A DNA stretch of 64,000 nt. It comes from a virus (taxonomy: Duplodnaviria > Caudoviricetes). Below, piece after piece: positions 10,409 to 19,235 of this stretch (position 1 is its first letter; each line of letters begins with the position of its first letter). The stretch lies in IMG/VR virus record IMGVR_UViG_2684622674_000004, positions 30,769 through 94,768 of that record; one strand, 5' to 3'. The position numbers and the translations under genes are program-made. The notes beneath the pieces are model-generated. The model saw nothing but the letters and a program-made list of their open reading frames with translations. It had not been told where the DNA came from and did not search any database.

Positions 10409-10693
10409 ATGAAAATAGAAAGCATCGTTTTTTTAAACGACCACATGACCCTTGACTGTGATCGTGAAGAAGATGTGTTCTGGCTCCAAATATCTGCATC
10501 GTTGGGCTGGATTTGCTTTACCCGGATCAGGAGTGGTGAATCAACGTTTGTAGCCACTGAATTACGTTTGGCGTCTGATTCAACCCCTTGCTTACCAATT
10601 CAAGGGCGATGTGTTTTGTGGTCTCGTAAGGCAGCTCTCGAAGCTGAGACAAAAATTTCTTCTTATCGGGAGAGTCTGGAGCATTTTGGTTAA
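10409..10693 (+). CDS. Hypothetical moron protein (overlaps a convergent gene)
   Basis: ATG with weak RBS; its 3' half is antisense to 10527-11024. Confidence 0.35.
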   Translation: MKIESIVFLNDHMTLDCDREEDVFWLQISASLGWICFTRIRSGESTFVATELRLASDSTPCLPIQGRCVLWSRKAALEAETKISSYRESLEHFG

Positions 10694-11024
10694 TAAAATC
10701 TGCTATTTGTTGGAACGCTTCGTTGTGAAACCTGACGGTCGTTACCTTCAAAATGGCGCTAAGTCCTTCATCACCTAAAAGAAAATCAACACCATCCTTT
10801 GTTGCCTTGAGGGAGTTTAGAAGTAGATTTAAATCATAATGTATCTCACCGTATCTGGTTTCCAGAAGCCCATGCTCGAACAAGTAATGGATGTTGGCAA
10901 TACTGGATTCTGCATCAGTAAAAATACCTTTATCCTTAAAATTACAGGCTTCTGTTGGTAGCGGATAGGACTTAACGGCCTCCTGAAGAATAATAAGCTG
11001 TATTTCCCTGCTGAATTTGTTCAC
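10527..11024 (-). CDS. Phage moron protein, putative winged-helix
   Basis: ANIHYL.EHGLL...ATKDGVDFL...GLSAIL.V.TVRFH pattern; AT-rich; opposite strand to the tail operon. Confidence 0.7.
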   Translation of the reverse strand: MNKFSREIQLIILQEAVKSYPLPTEACNFKDKGIFTDAESSIANIHYLFEHGLLETRYGEIHYDLNLLLNSLKATKDGVDFLLGDEGLSAILKVTTVRFHNEAFQQIADFINQNAPDSPDKKKFLSQLRELPYETTKHIALELVSKGLNQTPNVIQWLQTLIHHS

Positions 11025-11129
11025 TGGTTTTTCCGGTTATCTAATTAACCATTCAAGATAAGTGCAAATCATTTTTACCGATATCCTGACATTTGATCAG
11101 TGATCTGGCGCATCCGTGCGCCGGTGGGG

Positions 11130-11807
11130 TTATTTTATTTTTATCTTATATAAAGGCACTTCAAGATAAACTGCCTTTATCAAGGTAACCTTACCTGTAT
11201 CAATATCGTCTTGATGTAAGTGCATCATTGGATATCTGATATCAATTGCTGAAAGAGATACGCTTCCTATCCCTTTATCCATAAACACCTGTTTGAATGT
11301 CGAAAAGCCATTATCGAGTAGGGCAATCACAAAATCTTGGTTATTCACCTTTTGTTGGGGATCAAAAGTTACTATCGATCCCTCAGGGAAGCTAATTCCT
11401 GTGTTTGTGCTTTTCGCCATTGAATCACCCTGTATCTCTATGGCAAAGGCAAAATCGCTGACACCTATTTTACACGGATGTAGTTTATGAGTTTTAAGTT
11501 CCCATTTACTAAGCCAGCGAGGAACCATTGCTGGGTCAATCAATGGTATTTGCTTCAAATTTACAGCAGGGATATACGTCCCAAGGTTTGGTGGCTCGCC
11601 TTTTCCAGAGGCTAGCCATTCAGGTGATGTACCTAATGCAATAGCCAATTTATTCAGGGTTTTTTCTCTAGGCTTAGCCTCACCACCTTCATATGCGGCA
11701 ATTTGTCGTTGTACAACACCGGCAAGGCTTGCAAGCTCAGATTGTGTTAACCCAATGGTTGATCTTGCTGTGGCAACACGCTTAGGGAAGAACGAATCAA
11801 AACTCAT
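11130..11807 (-). CDS. XRE-HTH + S24-domain (cI/LexA-like) repressor
   Basis: LTQSELA...QRQIAAYEGG..KPR HTH; GDSM and TFKQ S24 motifs; start codon uncertain (11807-11882). Confidence 0.88.
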   Translation of the reverse strand: MSFDSFFPKRVATARSTIGLTQSELASLAGVVQRQIAAYEGGEAKPREKTLNKLAIALGTSPEWLASGKGEPPNLGTYIPAVNLKQIPLIDPAMVPRWLSKWELKTHKLHPCKIGVSDFAFAIEIQGDSMAKSTNTGISFPEGSIVTFDPQQKVNNQDFVIALLDNGFSTFKQVFMDKGIGSVSLSAIDIRYPMMHLHQDDIDTGKVTLIKAVYLEVPLYKIKIK

Positions 11808-11879
11808 AAACTCATTATCCAAAATAACTTGACTCATAAAACACAATGACCAATACTTGCGAACATTGATATGAGTTTT
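11802..11879. promoter_or_regulatory. Divergent promoter/operator region with four ACTCAT half-sites
   Basis: ACTCAT at 11802, 11810 and 11832, inverted ATGAGT at 11871; TTGACT at 11829. Confidence 0.5.
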
Positions 11880-11906
11880 CATGTGTTAAATAGAGAGGAG
11901 TTCATA

Positions 11907-12080
11907 ATGTCCGAAAATGTTTCATCTATCAAGCCGCGTCAAGTGCGTTTTGTTGAAGAGGTAGACCAACGCATTCAAGAGTCAGCGAAGCGTTGTCATA
12001 GAAGCATTCAGTCAGAAATTGCTTACCGGATGGAATTACTTATGAAGTTAGAGGATCGCGGTGATGTTGTTATCCAGTAG
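11907..12080 (+). CDS. Arc/Mnt-like ribbon-helix-helix regulator
   Basis: GAGGAG RBS; PRQVRF...I..SA....RS..SEI..R pattern. Confidence 0.8.
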   Translation: MSENVSSIKPRQVRFVEEVDQRIQESAKRCHRSIQSEIAYRMELLMKLEDRGDVVIQ

Positions 12081-12156
12081 AAATGGCGAAGCCTCGAAGT
12101 GCGCGAACACAAACGAGGCTTCTATTTTGTCAGCAACCTTAAGCGAGTAAACCGAC

Positions 12157-12726
12157 ATGAAAAGTATAGCGAAAGTAAAAAGTAATTTCACCTCATTCAA
12201 GTTTGATGGTCAAGACGTTCGCGTAATAACAAAGGATGGCGAACCATGGTTTTTGGCCTCTGACCTTTGTGATGTTTTACATCTAGACACCACTTCAATT
12301 CGCAAACTAGATGATGATGAAAAGGGTCTGCATTCAATACAGACCCTTGGCGGGGCGCAGAAGGTGGCTGTTCTTTCTGAGTCTGGGATGTGGACATTGG
12401 TCCTTCGTTGCCGAGATGCAGTTAGGCCCGGCACGATCCCATATCGCGTTCGCAAGTGGGTCACCTCTGAGGTTTTGCCTTCCATTCGAAAAACTGGCGA
12501 GTATAAAAACAGTAAATCTTCAAGTGTGGTGTTGACCGAAAAAGAGTGCCGCTACCGTGTCCGCGTTATCATCTATGACGACTTAATGGGCGGGTGCGCT
12601 GAGATGTTTGGTAAGGGGGAAACGATGCGTGATATCGCATACGGAGTAGCTAACGATTTGGGGTACAGACCGAATACCTTCACCACTATCCCAATGAATA
12701 GGGAAAAGTTGAAGAGGGTATTTTGA
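12157..12726 (+). CDS. BRO-N domain antirepressor-like protein
   Basis: GEPWF.A.D.C..L, LDDDEKG, SESG, KWVTSEVLPSIRKTG.Y. Confidence 0.9.
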   Translation: MKSIAKVKSNFTSFKFDGQDVRVITKDGEPWFLASDLCDVLHLDTTSIRKLDDDEKGLHSIQTLGGAQKVAVLSESGMWTLVLRCRDAVRPGTIPYRVRKWVTSEVLPSIRKTGEYKNSKSSSVVLTEKECRYRVRVIIYDDLMGGCAEMFGKGETMRDIAYGVANDLGYRPNTFTTIPMNREKLKRVF

Positions 12727-12804
12727 TAGGCGCATGGGATGGCGCAAAAGAAAAACCGCCAGTTAGCGCTGGCGGTCATGTCAAATCAAACTGCGAGGTC
12801 TTTA

Positions 12805-13581
12805 ATGACTGATTTAACTTTAGCAAATAAATCTCTGCCTGTCATCGCTGGTGTTGAGATTAACACTGATACAGAGGGGCGCTTTAACCTGAACTCGTTA
12901 CACAAGGCCAGTGGTAAGGGTGAAGATAAATCACCTAGCCAATGGATGCGTCGGGCTACCACTAAAGCACTGGTTAATGAGCTAAGTGTAAATTCGCACT
13001 TAGGTTATGAAGTAATCAAATCAGTGAAAGGTGGCGTTGCTCCTGGCACCTTCGCCCACGAACTTCTTGCTGTCGAATATGCTGGGTGGATTTCACCATC
13101 ATATCGCCTGAAGGTTAACCAGACTTTCCTCGACTACAAAGCCGGAAAGCTGAAACCAGCATTCGACCCGATGGCCGCATTAAATGACCCTGAGTTTTTG
13201 CGCGGCACATTGCTGACCTACAGTGAAAAGGTGATCGCCCTTGAACATAAGGTTGAAGAAATGACACCGGATGTTGAAGCTCTAGAGAGAATTGCTAAGT
13301 CAGATGGCACTATGTGCATCACTAATGCCGCGAAACATTTGCAGGTTCAGCCAAAGTTTCTTTTCAAGCTGATGTCAGAGAATCATTGGATTTACCGCCG
13401 TACTGGTGGGAGAACGTGGTTGGCATATCAAGAACGCATTCAGCAAGGAGTGTTAGAGCACAAGGTGACCACCGTATCGAGGGGAGATGGTAGTGAAAAG
13501 GTGGTAGAACAGGTTCTTGTTACCGCTAAAGGACTTACCAAACTTTCAAAAATGCTTGGCATCAATGGTGTGGCAGCTTAA
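12805..13581 (+). CDS. KilA-N + KilAC (ANT) phage antirepressor
   Basis: GRFNLNSLHKASG, GTFAHELLA.EYAGWISP; C-terminal ITNAAK.L, WIYRR, VT.KGL. Confidence 0.9.
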   Translation: MTDLTLANKSLPVIAGVEINTDTEGRFNLNSLHKASGKGEDKSPSQWMRRATTKALVNELSVNSHLGYEVIKSVKGGVAPGTFAHELLAVEYAGWISPSYRLKVNQTFLDYKAGKLKPAFDPMAALNDPEFLRGTLLTYSEKVIALEHKVEEMTPDVEALERIAKSDGTMCITNAAKHLQVQPKFLFKLMSENHWIYRRTGGRTWLAYQERIQQGVLEHKVTTVSRGDGSEKVVEQVLVTAKGLTKLSKMLGINGVAA

Positions 13582-13617
13582 ATAGCACGAAAAGAATTTA
13601 ATGAGTAACTAAAACCC

Positions 13618-13640
13618 AACCCACTTAACTGTGGGTTTTT
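13618..13640 (+). terminator. Rho-independent terminator
   Basis: AACCCAC-N6-GTGGGTT-TTT. Confidence 0.7.
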
Positions 13641-13737
13641 GCGTTGTTTTGCACCATACCCCTGCTATCATGTAACGAACTGTTATGGCTGGGGTGGGAA
13701 TGGCTCCGGTCAGGATGATGGCGGAGGTGGAGGAGAT

Positions 13738-13959
13738 ATGCATATACGTGTCGCCAAACTTGAATCAGATGTAGAGCATATAAAAAAATCATTAGATGAG
13801 GTTAAGTCTGATGTCCGCGAGATTAAGCGTGATATTAGGTCTGAGTTTAATGAAGTCAAATGCGACTCAAAAACTGATTTTAGATTACTTTTTGGTGCGA
13901 TAATAGCTGTAGCCCTTGGTTTGTCAGGGTTAATGGCTAAAGGTTTTCACTGGCTTTGA
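13738..13959 (+). CDS. Small coiled-coil protein with C-terminal membrane anchor
   Basis: AGGAG RBS; RVAKLESDV..IK coiled coil; DFRLLFGAIIAVALGL hydrophobic segment. Confidence 0.65.
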   Translation: MHIRVAKLESDVEHIKKSLDEVKSDVREIKRDIRSEFNEVKCDSKTDFRLLFGAIIAVALGLSGLMAKGFHWL

Positions 13960-13972
13960 TGGGGATAGGGAT

Positions 13973-14278
13973 ATGAAGGTTACTAGAGCAGGATTACTTG
14001 CAATGTTATTTTCGGCTACTCTAATTTCGTTTTCTTCTCGGGCTGAAGATAAAAATGAATCAGCAGAGAAAGTTATAATTTCCCTTGAAACTTCACTTTG
14101 TGCAGAGCATTCAGATCGCGCCCAGTGCAATAGGGATATTGCCTTTTTAGTTGGTATGGCATCTTCTACTGGGTATTTTACTAGCATCTGCGAGAGTACA
14201 GGGCGAATTAGCGACGCTTGTACAGAGGCTAAGGAAGCATATAAAACAATGCAAAGTGACTTTGATAAGGTTAAATAA
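13973..14278 (+). CDS. Exported four-cysteine protein (moron)
   Basis: N-terminal signal peptide ending SRA; four Cys in the mature part. Confidence 0.65.
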   Translation: MKVTRAGLLAMLFSATLISFSSRAEDKNESAEKVIISLETSLCAEHSDRAQCNRDIAFLVGMASSTGYFTSICESTGRISDACTEAKEAYKTMQSDFDKVK

Positions 14279-14640
14279 TGAAGCGAATTATTATTGGCTT
14301 GGCGGTTTTGGTTCTGACTGGGTGCGGTATGTCTCCTAGCGAGATAAAGAGTCAACCGACAGCAAAGTTTGAAAGCAACAAGTCTGTCACTGATATAACG
14401 ACCTGCCTCATTCCTCGGCTAGATGAGAGAACGTTTAATGGTGGGAGGATTAATACTGTATCTAAGCCTATTGAGCATGGTGTGTCACTATCGCCGATCG
14501 CAGCTAATATCGAATTTATTGATATAACAAATACCGGCGCTAAAACGCAGGTTATTTATTACGGTGCTGGAACAGGTAGTGCTCTTAGGCCAAAGGCACG
14601 AATAAACGAAACTGTGGAAGATATTAATAGTTGCATATAG
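14278..14640 (+). CDS. Lipoprotein (moron)
   Basis: MKRIIIGLAVLVLTGC lipobox; terminal SCI. Confidence 0.8.
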   Translation: MKRIIIGLAVLVLTGCGMSPSEIKSQPTAKFESNKSVTDITTCLIPRLDERTFNGGRINTVSKPIEHGVSLSPIAANIEFIDITNTGAKTQVIYYGAGTGSALRPKARINETVEDINSCI

Positions 14641-14662
14641 TCCATCAAGCGAATTAACCCAG

Positions 14663-14683
14663 CCCGCCAAGTGCGGGTTTTTT
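14663..14683 (+). terminator. Rho-independent terminator
   Basis: CCCGC-CAAGT-GCGGG followed by a T tract. Confidence 0.7.
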
Positions 14684-14701
14684 ATTATCTGGAGATAGTT
14701 A

Positions 14702-15328
14702 ATGACCGTATTTTCACAAGAAGTAATGACGCCAATTAAGTTAAGTGGTTCCCTTGCTGCGATGTTTGGGCGTAACCATCAACGATTAGTGAGTAGTTCA
14801 GGTGAAGTTTTTAAAGCGCTTTGTGTAACGATACCCGGATTTGAGCAGTATTTAGCTACAGCAAAGCAAAGAGGGTTAACGTTCGCCATTTTTAAAGGTA
14901 AGCGCAATATTGGTAAAGATGAATTGGAGCTTGCCAGCGGCGGCCAAGAAATTCGTATTGTGCCTGTAATTATCGGCAGTAAGCGCGGTGGATTATTTCA
15001 AACAATATTAGGTATTGCTTTGATTGGTGCAGCTATGGCCTTTGCCCCTGCTGGGGTTGGGGCTTTAGGGGTGTTTAGTGCAGGGGGAGTTACCGGTTTT
15101 ACAGCAATGATGGGCGCATCCATGGCCCTAGGTGGCGTAATCCAAATGCTCTCCCCGCAGCAGAGTGGGTTAGCTATGAGGCAATCACCGGACAACAAGC
15201 CAAGCTATGCATTCGGCGGCCCAGTTAACTCTACAGCTCAGGGTAACCCTGTGGGCGTACTCTACGGCAAGCGTCGAATTGGCGGGGCGGTTATCTCGGC
15301 GGGTATTTATGCTGAAGATCAAATGTAA
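14702..15328 (+). CDS. Tail assembly protein I
   Basis: IRIVPVIIGSKRGG, QMLSPQ, SYAFGGPVN..AQGNPV.VLYG.RRIGGA.ISAGI. Confidence 0.92.
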   Translation: MTVFSQEVMTPIKLSGSLAAMFGRNHQRLVSSSGEVFKALCVTIPGFEQYLATAKQRGLTFAIFKGKRNIGKDELELASGGQEIRIVPVIIGSKRGGLFQTILGIALIGAAMAFAPAGVGALGVFSAGGVTGFTAMMGASMALGGVIQMLSPQQSGLAMRQSPDNKPSYAFGGPVNSTAQGNPVGVLYGKRRIGGAVISAGIYAEDQM

Positions 15329-15369
15329 GAGCGGTTATTTTAATTAACGCCGAAAGGCAGGAGTGATTT

Positions 15370-15624
15370 ATGACTTTAGAACAGCGTTTAGCAGCAGTAG
15401 AAGCAGAATTGGAAAAAATGAAAGCTCAGCAGAAAGGTCGTAAAGATATCGCGGAGCTGGTGAAGAAAACCATCACGGAGGCTATTAAAAAAGAGCATCG
15501 TCCTGGTGGGTTACTTTATCGGTCTGAGCGTCGAGAAAATGCGGCCATGTCTCAGGCCGCAGTATTTAAAGTAGGTTGTGGGGATACACTAATTAGCTCA
15601 GCACAGATTAGTGCTTCTCAGTAG
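15370..15624 (+). CDS. Hypothetical phage protein
   Basis: AGGAG RBS; MTLEQR...VEAEL coiled coil; RPGGLLY motif. Confidence 0.6.
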   Translation: MTLEQRLAAVEAELEKMKAQQKGRKDIAELVKKTITEAIKKEHRPGGLLYRSERRENAAMSQAAVFKVGCGDTLISSAQISASQ

Positions 15625-15862
15625 GGATAACTTCTACAGAGTTGAGTATTTTAAGTAGCGCTGTCTGAGCATGTTTATGTGCCGCAGACAATTCACCAGT
15701 ACTACTTGTTGATTTTACAAATTTAACAATGGCATCTTTGTTACCAGTAGACACGACAAATGCACTAAAAGTCTGTGCCAGAAGCTCAGTGAGCGCATAA
15801 TTCTTGCGAGCCGAGTCATCCATTATCGCCAGAATTTCATCAAGCTTTAGTTGCTTTTCCAT
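15608..15862 (-). CDS. Hypothetical moron protein, convergent with 15370-15624
   Basis: ATG at 15862 preceded by AAGGA on the minus strand; 84 aa. Confidence 0.6.
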   Translation of the reverse strand: MEKQLKLDEILAIMDDSARKNYALTELLAQTFSAFVVSTGNKDAIVKFVKSTSSTGELSAAHKHAQTALLKILNSVEVIPTEKH

Positions 15863-16034
15863 TTTTATCCTTATCCCAGAGTAAATCAGCCATTCCTCCG
15901 ATAGATAACACTCAAGCCGCGCATGGCTAGAGTGGGCTGACCTTACACAATAGAAGATCAGCCAGTAATCGCCATTGAGTTGATCAATAAACACGCTAAT
16001 GCCCACACTTAGTGGGCTTTTTTATGGGTGAAAT

Positions 16035-19000
16035 ATGGCACGTAAACCAATTAAAGGCCGCAAAGGTGGGGGTAGCAATGCCACAACGCCAGTTGAGTCA
16101 CCGGACAGTATTCAATCGACGGCAAGAGCTAAAATACTCATTGCTTTGGGTGAGGGGGAGTTCGCCGGAGGTTTGGATGGGACCAATATCTATCTGGACG
16201 GCACGCCTATAAAGAACCCTGACGGCACCAGCAATTTTACCGGGGTGACTTGGGAGTATCGGCCCGGAACGCAGGGTCAAGACTACATTCAGGGCATGCC
16301 AAATGTTGAGAATGAGATAACGGTTAATACAGAACTAAAATCAGATACGCCGTGGGTTCGCTCCGTCACAAATACCCAGTTATCTGCTACGCGTATTCGC
16401 CTTGGATGGCCCTCATTGCAGCGTCAGGCGGATAATGGTGATGTTGGCGGTTACCGCATTGAATATGCGATTGATGTGTCGACCGATGGCGGAGCTTACT
16501 CGACGCTACTCAATACAGCGATAGATGGGAAAACAACAACGCTGTATGAGCGCTCTCATCGAATCAATTTGCCTAAAGCTACTACAGGTTGGCAGATCCG
16601 CTCTCGTCGCATTACCGCTAATGCTAACTCTGGACGCATTGCCGATAAGATGAATGTTGAGGCTATTTCTGAAGTCATCGATGCAAAGTTACGTTATCCA
16701 AACACCGCACTTCTCTATATCGAATTTGACGCGACTCAATTTCAGAATATCCCGGTTATTTCGTGTGAGCCAAAAGGTCGGATCATTCGTGTACCAACGA
16801 CATATGACCCGGAAACGCGTACTTATTCAGGCGTATGGGATGGCTCATTTAAATGGGCCTACACCAACAACCCAGCATGGGTGTTTTACGACATCGCATT
16901 AGCCGAACGATTTGGCCTTGGTCGTCGAGTTGAGATGAGCCAAGTAGATAAGTGGGAACTGTACAGCATCAGCCAATACTGCGATCAACCTGTTCCAGAT
17001 GGGCGCGGTGGTAGTGGCACTGAGCCTCGCTTTACCTGCGATGTGTATATTCAGTCTCAGGCTGAGGCTTTCACTGTATTGCGCGACTTGGCTGCCATTT
17101 TCCGTGGCATGACCTATTGGGGCAATAATCAACTTTGTGCTTTGGCAGATATGCCACGTGATGTGGATTACATATTCACGCGCGCCAACGTTATTGACGG
17201 ACGTTTCACTTACGGCGGCGGTTCTGAGAAGAAGCGATATACCACGGCGATGGTGAGCTGGAGTGACCCCGCAAACAACTTTCAGGATGCAATCGAGGCA
17301 GTCTCAGATAACGACTTGGTTCGTCGCTACGGTGTCAATCAGCTTGATATGACAGCTATCGGCTGCATCCGGCAAACTGAGGCGAATAGGCGTGGACGCT
17401 GGGCGCTGCTGACGAACAGCAAAGACCGAACGGTGAATTTTAATGTTGGGTTAGATGGGGCCATTCCGCTGCCCGGTCATATCATTGGCGTTGCGGATGA
17501 TATGCTGTCCGGACGGAAGATGGGTGGGCGCATTAGCTCAGTATCGGGCCGCAATATCACGCTTGATCGCGTGGCTGATGTAAAAGCGGGGGATCGGTTG
17601 CTCATTAACTTGCCGAGCGGTGTAGCTCAGGGAAGAACGGTGCAGACGGTAAGCGGGAAGATGGTCACTGTTACCACAGCTTATAGTGAAACACCTGAGG
17701 CAGAGGGAGGCTGGTCTATCGATGCAGATGACTTGGCTATCCAGCAATATAGAGTTACTGGAATTTCTGATAACGACGATAACACCTACTCAATTTCTGC
17801 TGTTCAGCATGATCCGGATAAATATGAACGAATTGATACAGGCGCTCGGATTGATGAAAGACCCATCAGTGTCATACCTCCCGGCGTCCAGCCGCCACCG
17901 ACAAATGTTGCTATCGATAGCTTCTCAGCGCTTTCACAAGGACTCGCAGTAACCACCCTACGTGTTACGTGGGAACCAGCAGCCAGCGCGATAGCATACG
18001 AGGCCGAGTGGCGACGTGATAACGGAAACTGGATATCAGCTCCGCGCACATCAGCTCAGGGATTTCAGGTTGAAGGTATTTATGCCGGACAATATCAGGC
18101 TCGCGTTCGTGCTATTAACCCCTCCGAGATATCCAGTATCTGGGCTAATGCTCAGGAAACCACATTAAACGGCAAAGAGGGAAATCCTCCAATGCCAGTG
18201 GGTTTTGCGGCCACAGGCATTCTCTTTGGCATCACCTTAAACTGGGGTTACCCGGAAGGTGCTGAGGATGCGCTAAAAACCGAGATTGAATATAGCCTGT
18301 CTGCTAATGGTACTGACGCCATGTTGTTGAGTGATGTACCTCATCCACAGCGGAACTACACTATGCAGGGGTTAAGGGCAGGGCAGGTGTTCTGGTTCCG
18401 CGCGCGGATAGTAGATAAATCCGGTAATCAGTCTCCGTGGATAGATTGGGTTCGTGGCATGTCCAGCACTGACACAAGCGCTATTCTCGAAGCTATTGGT
18501 GATGATTTCATTAATAACACCGTGGCGGGTCAGCAACTGCTTAACGATGATTTTATGAATGCCGAAGGTATTCTCGAAACAGCAAAGGCCAATAACGCCA
18601 GCATCTGGCAGCAGTGGGCGCAATACGGAGAGAATAAAGCCGGTGTTATCCACTTAACGACCACGGTTGCCGATGCTGAAAGAGCATTTGCTGAGTTTGA
18701 AACCCTTGTTACAGCAACATTTGAAGACCAGACCGCAGCGATAGACCAAAAAATGACGGCCGTTGTTGATGCTGATGGTGCTAGCGCAACATACAGCTTA
18801 AGAGCTGGTCTGAATTACAACGGTCAGTTTGTTAGTGCTGGCATGGTCATTGGCGCTGAGTTTATTAATGGGGTCGCTAAGGCGTCGATAGGATTTAATG
18901 CTGATAGCTTCATCTTGTTAAGCGGACCAGAGGGAAATAAATTCTCTCCTTGGGCTGTTGTAAATGGTCAAACATTTATCGCAAATGGGTTTATTCAAGA

Positions 19001-19235
19001 TGGCTCTATTACTAATGCCAAAATAGGTAACTATATTCAGTCAGAGAATTTTGTTGCTGGATCAGTTGGGTGGTCAATAAATAAAAATGGCAATGCTGAA
19101 TTTAATAATGCAACGTTCAGAGGTAATGTGACTATGGATAACACTACAAATGGAATTAGGACAGTTATTAATTATCTCGGTCAGCGAACGTATCATGCCA
19201 ATGGTCAGGCGGCGATAATAATAGGGTATTTCTAA
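16035..19235 (+). CDS. Host specificity/central tail protein J
   Basis: GRKGG start, YPNTAL, NNPAW, EPRFTC, FN3 repeats, DGSITNAKIG.YIQS. Confidence 0.95.
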   Translation: MARKPIKGRKGGGSNATTPVESPDSIQSTARAKILIALGEGEFAGGLDGTNIYLDGTPIKNPDGTSNFTGVTWEYRPGTQGQDYIQGMPNVENEITVNTELKSDTPWVRSVTNTQLSATRIRLGWPSLQRQADNGDVGGYRIEYAIDVSTDGGAYSTLLNTAIDGKTTTLYERSHRINLPKATTGWQIRSRRITANANSGRIADKMNVEAISEVIDAKLRYPNTALLYIEFDATQFQNIPVISCEPKGRIIRVPTTYDPETRTYSGVWDGSFKWAYTNNPAWVFYDIALAERFGLGRRVEMSQVDKWELYSISQYCDQPVPDGRGGSGTEPRFTCDVYIQSQAEAFTVLRDLAAIFRGMTYWGNNQLCALADMPRDVDYIFTRANVIDGRFTYGGGSEKKRYTTAMVSWSDPANNFQDAIEAVSDNDLVRRYGVNQLDMTAIGCIRQTEANRRGRWALLTNSKDRTVNFNVGLDGAIPLPGHIIGVADDMLSGRKMGGRISSVSGRNITLDRVADVKAGDRLLINLPSGVAQGRTVQTVSGKMVTVTTAYSETPEAEGGWSIDADDLAIQQYRVTGISDNDDNTYSISAVQHDPDKYERIDTGARIDERPISVIPPGVQPPPTNVAIDSFSALSQGLAVTTLRVTWEPAASAIAYEAEWRRDNGNWISAPRTSAQGFQVEGIYAGQYQARVRAINPSEISSIWANAQETTLNGKEGNPPMPVGFAATGILFGITLNWGYPEGAEDALKTEIEYSLSANGTDAMLLSDVPHPQRNYTMQGLRAGQVFWFRARIVDKSGNQSPWIDWVRGMSSTDTSAILEAIGDDFINNTVAGQQLLNDDFMNAEGILETAKANNASIWQQWAQYGENKAGVIHLTTTVADAERAFAEFETLVTATFEDQTAAIDQKMTAVVDADGASATYSLRAGLNYNGQFVSAGMVIGAEFINGVAKASIGFNADSFILLSGPEGNKFSPWAVVNGQTFIANGFIQDGSITNAKIGNYIQSENFVAGSVGWSINKNGNAEFNNATFRGNVTMDNTTNGIRTVINYLGQRTYHANGQAAIIIGYF

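Noticed and set aside
11800-12160. LexA (SOS) box controlling the antirepressors
   Set aside because: No CTGT-N8-ACAG match seen here or upstream of alpA by eye
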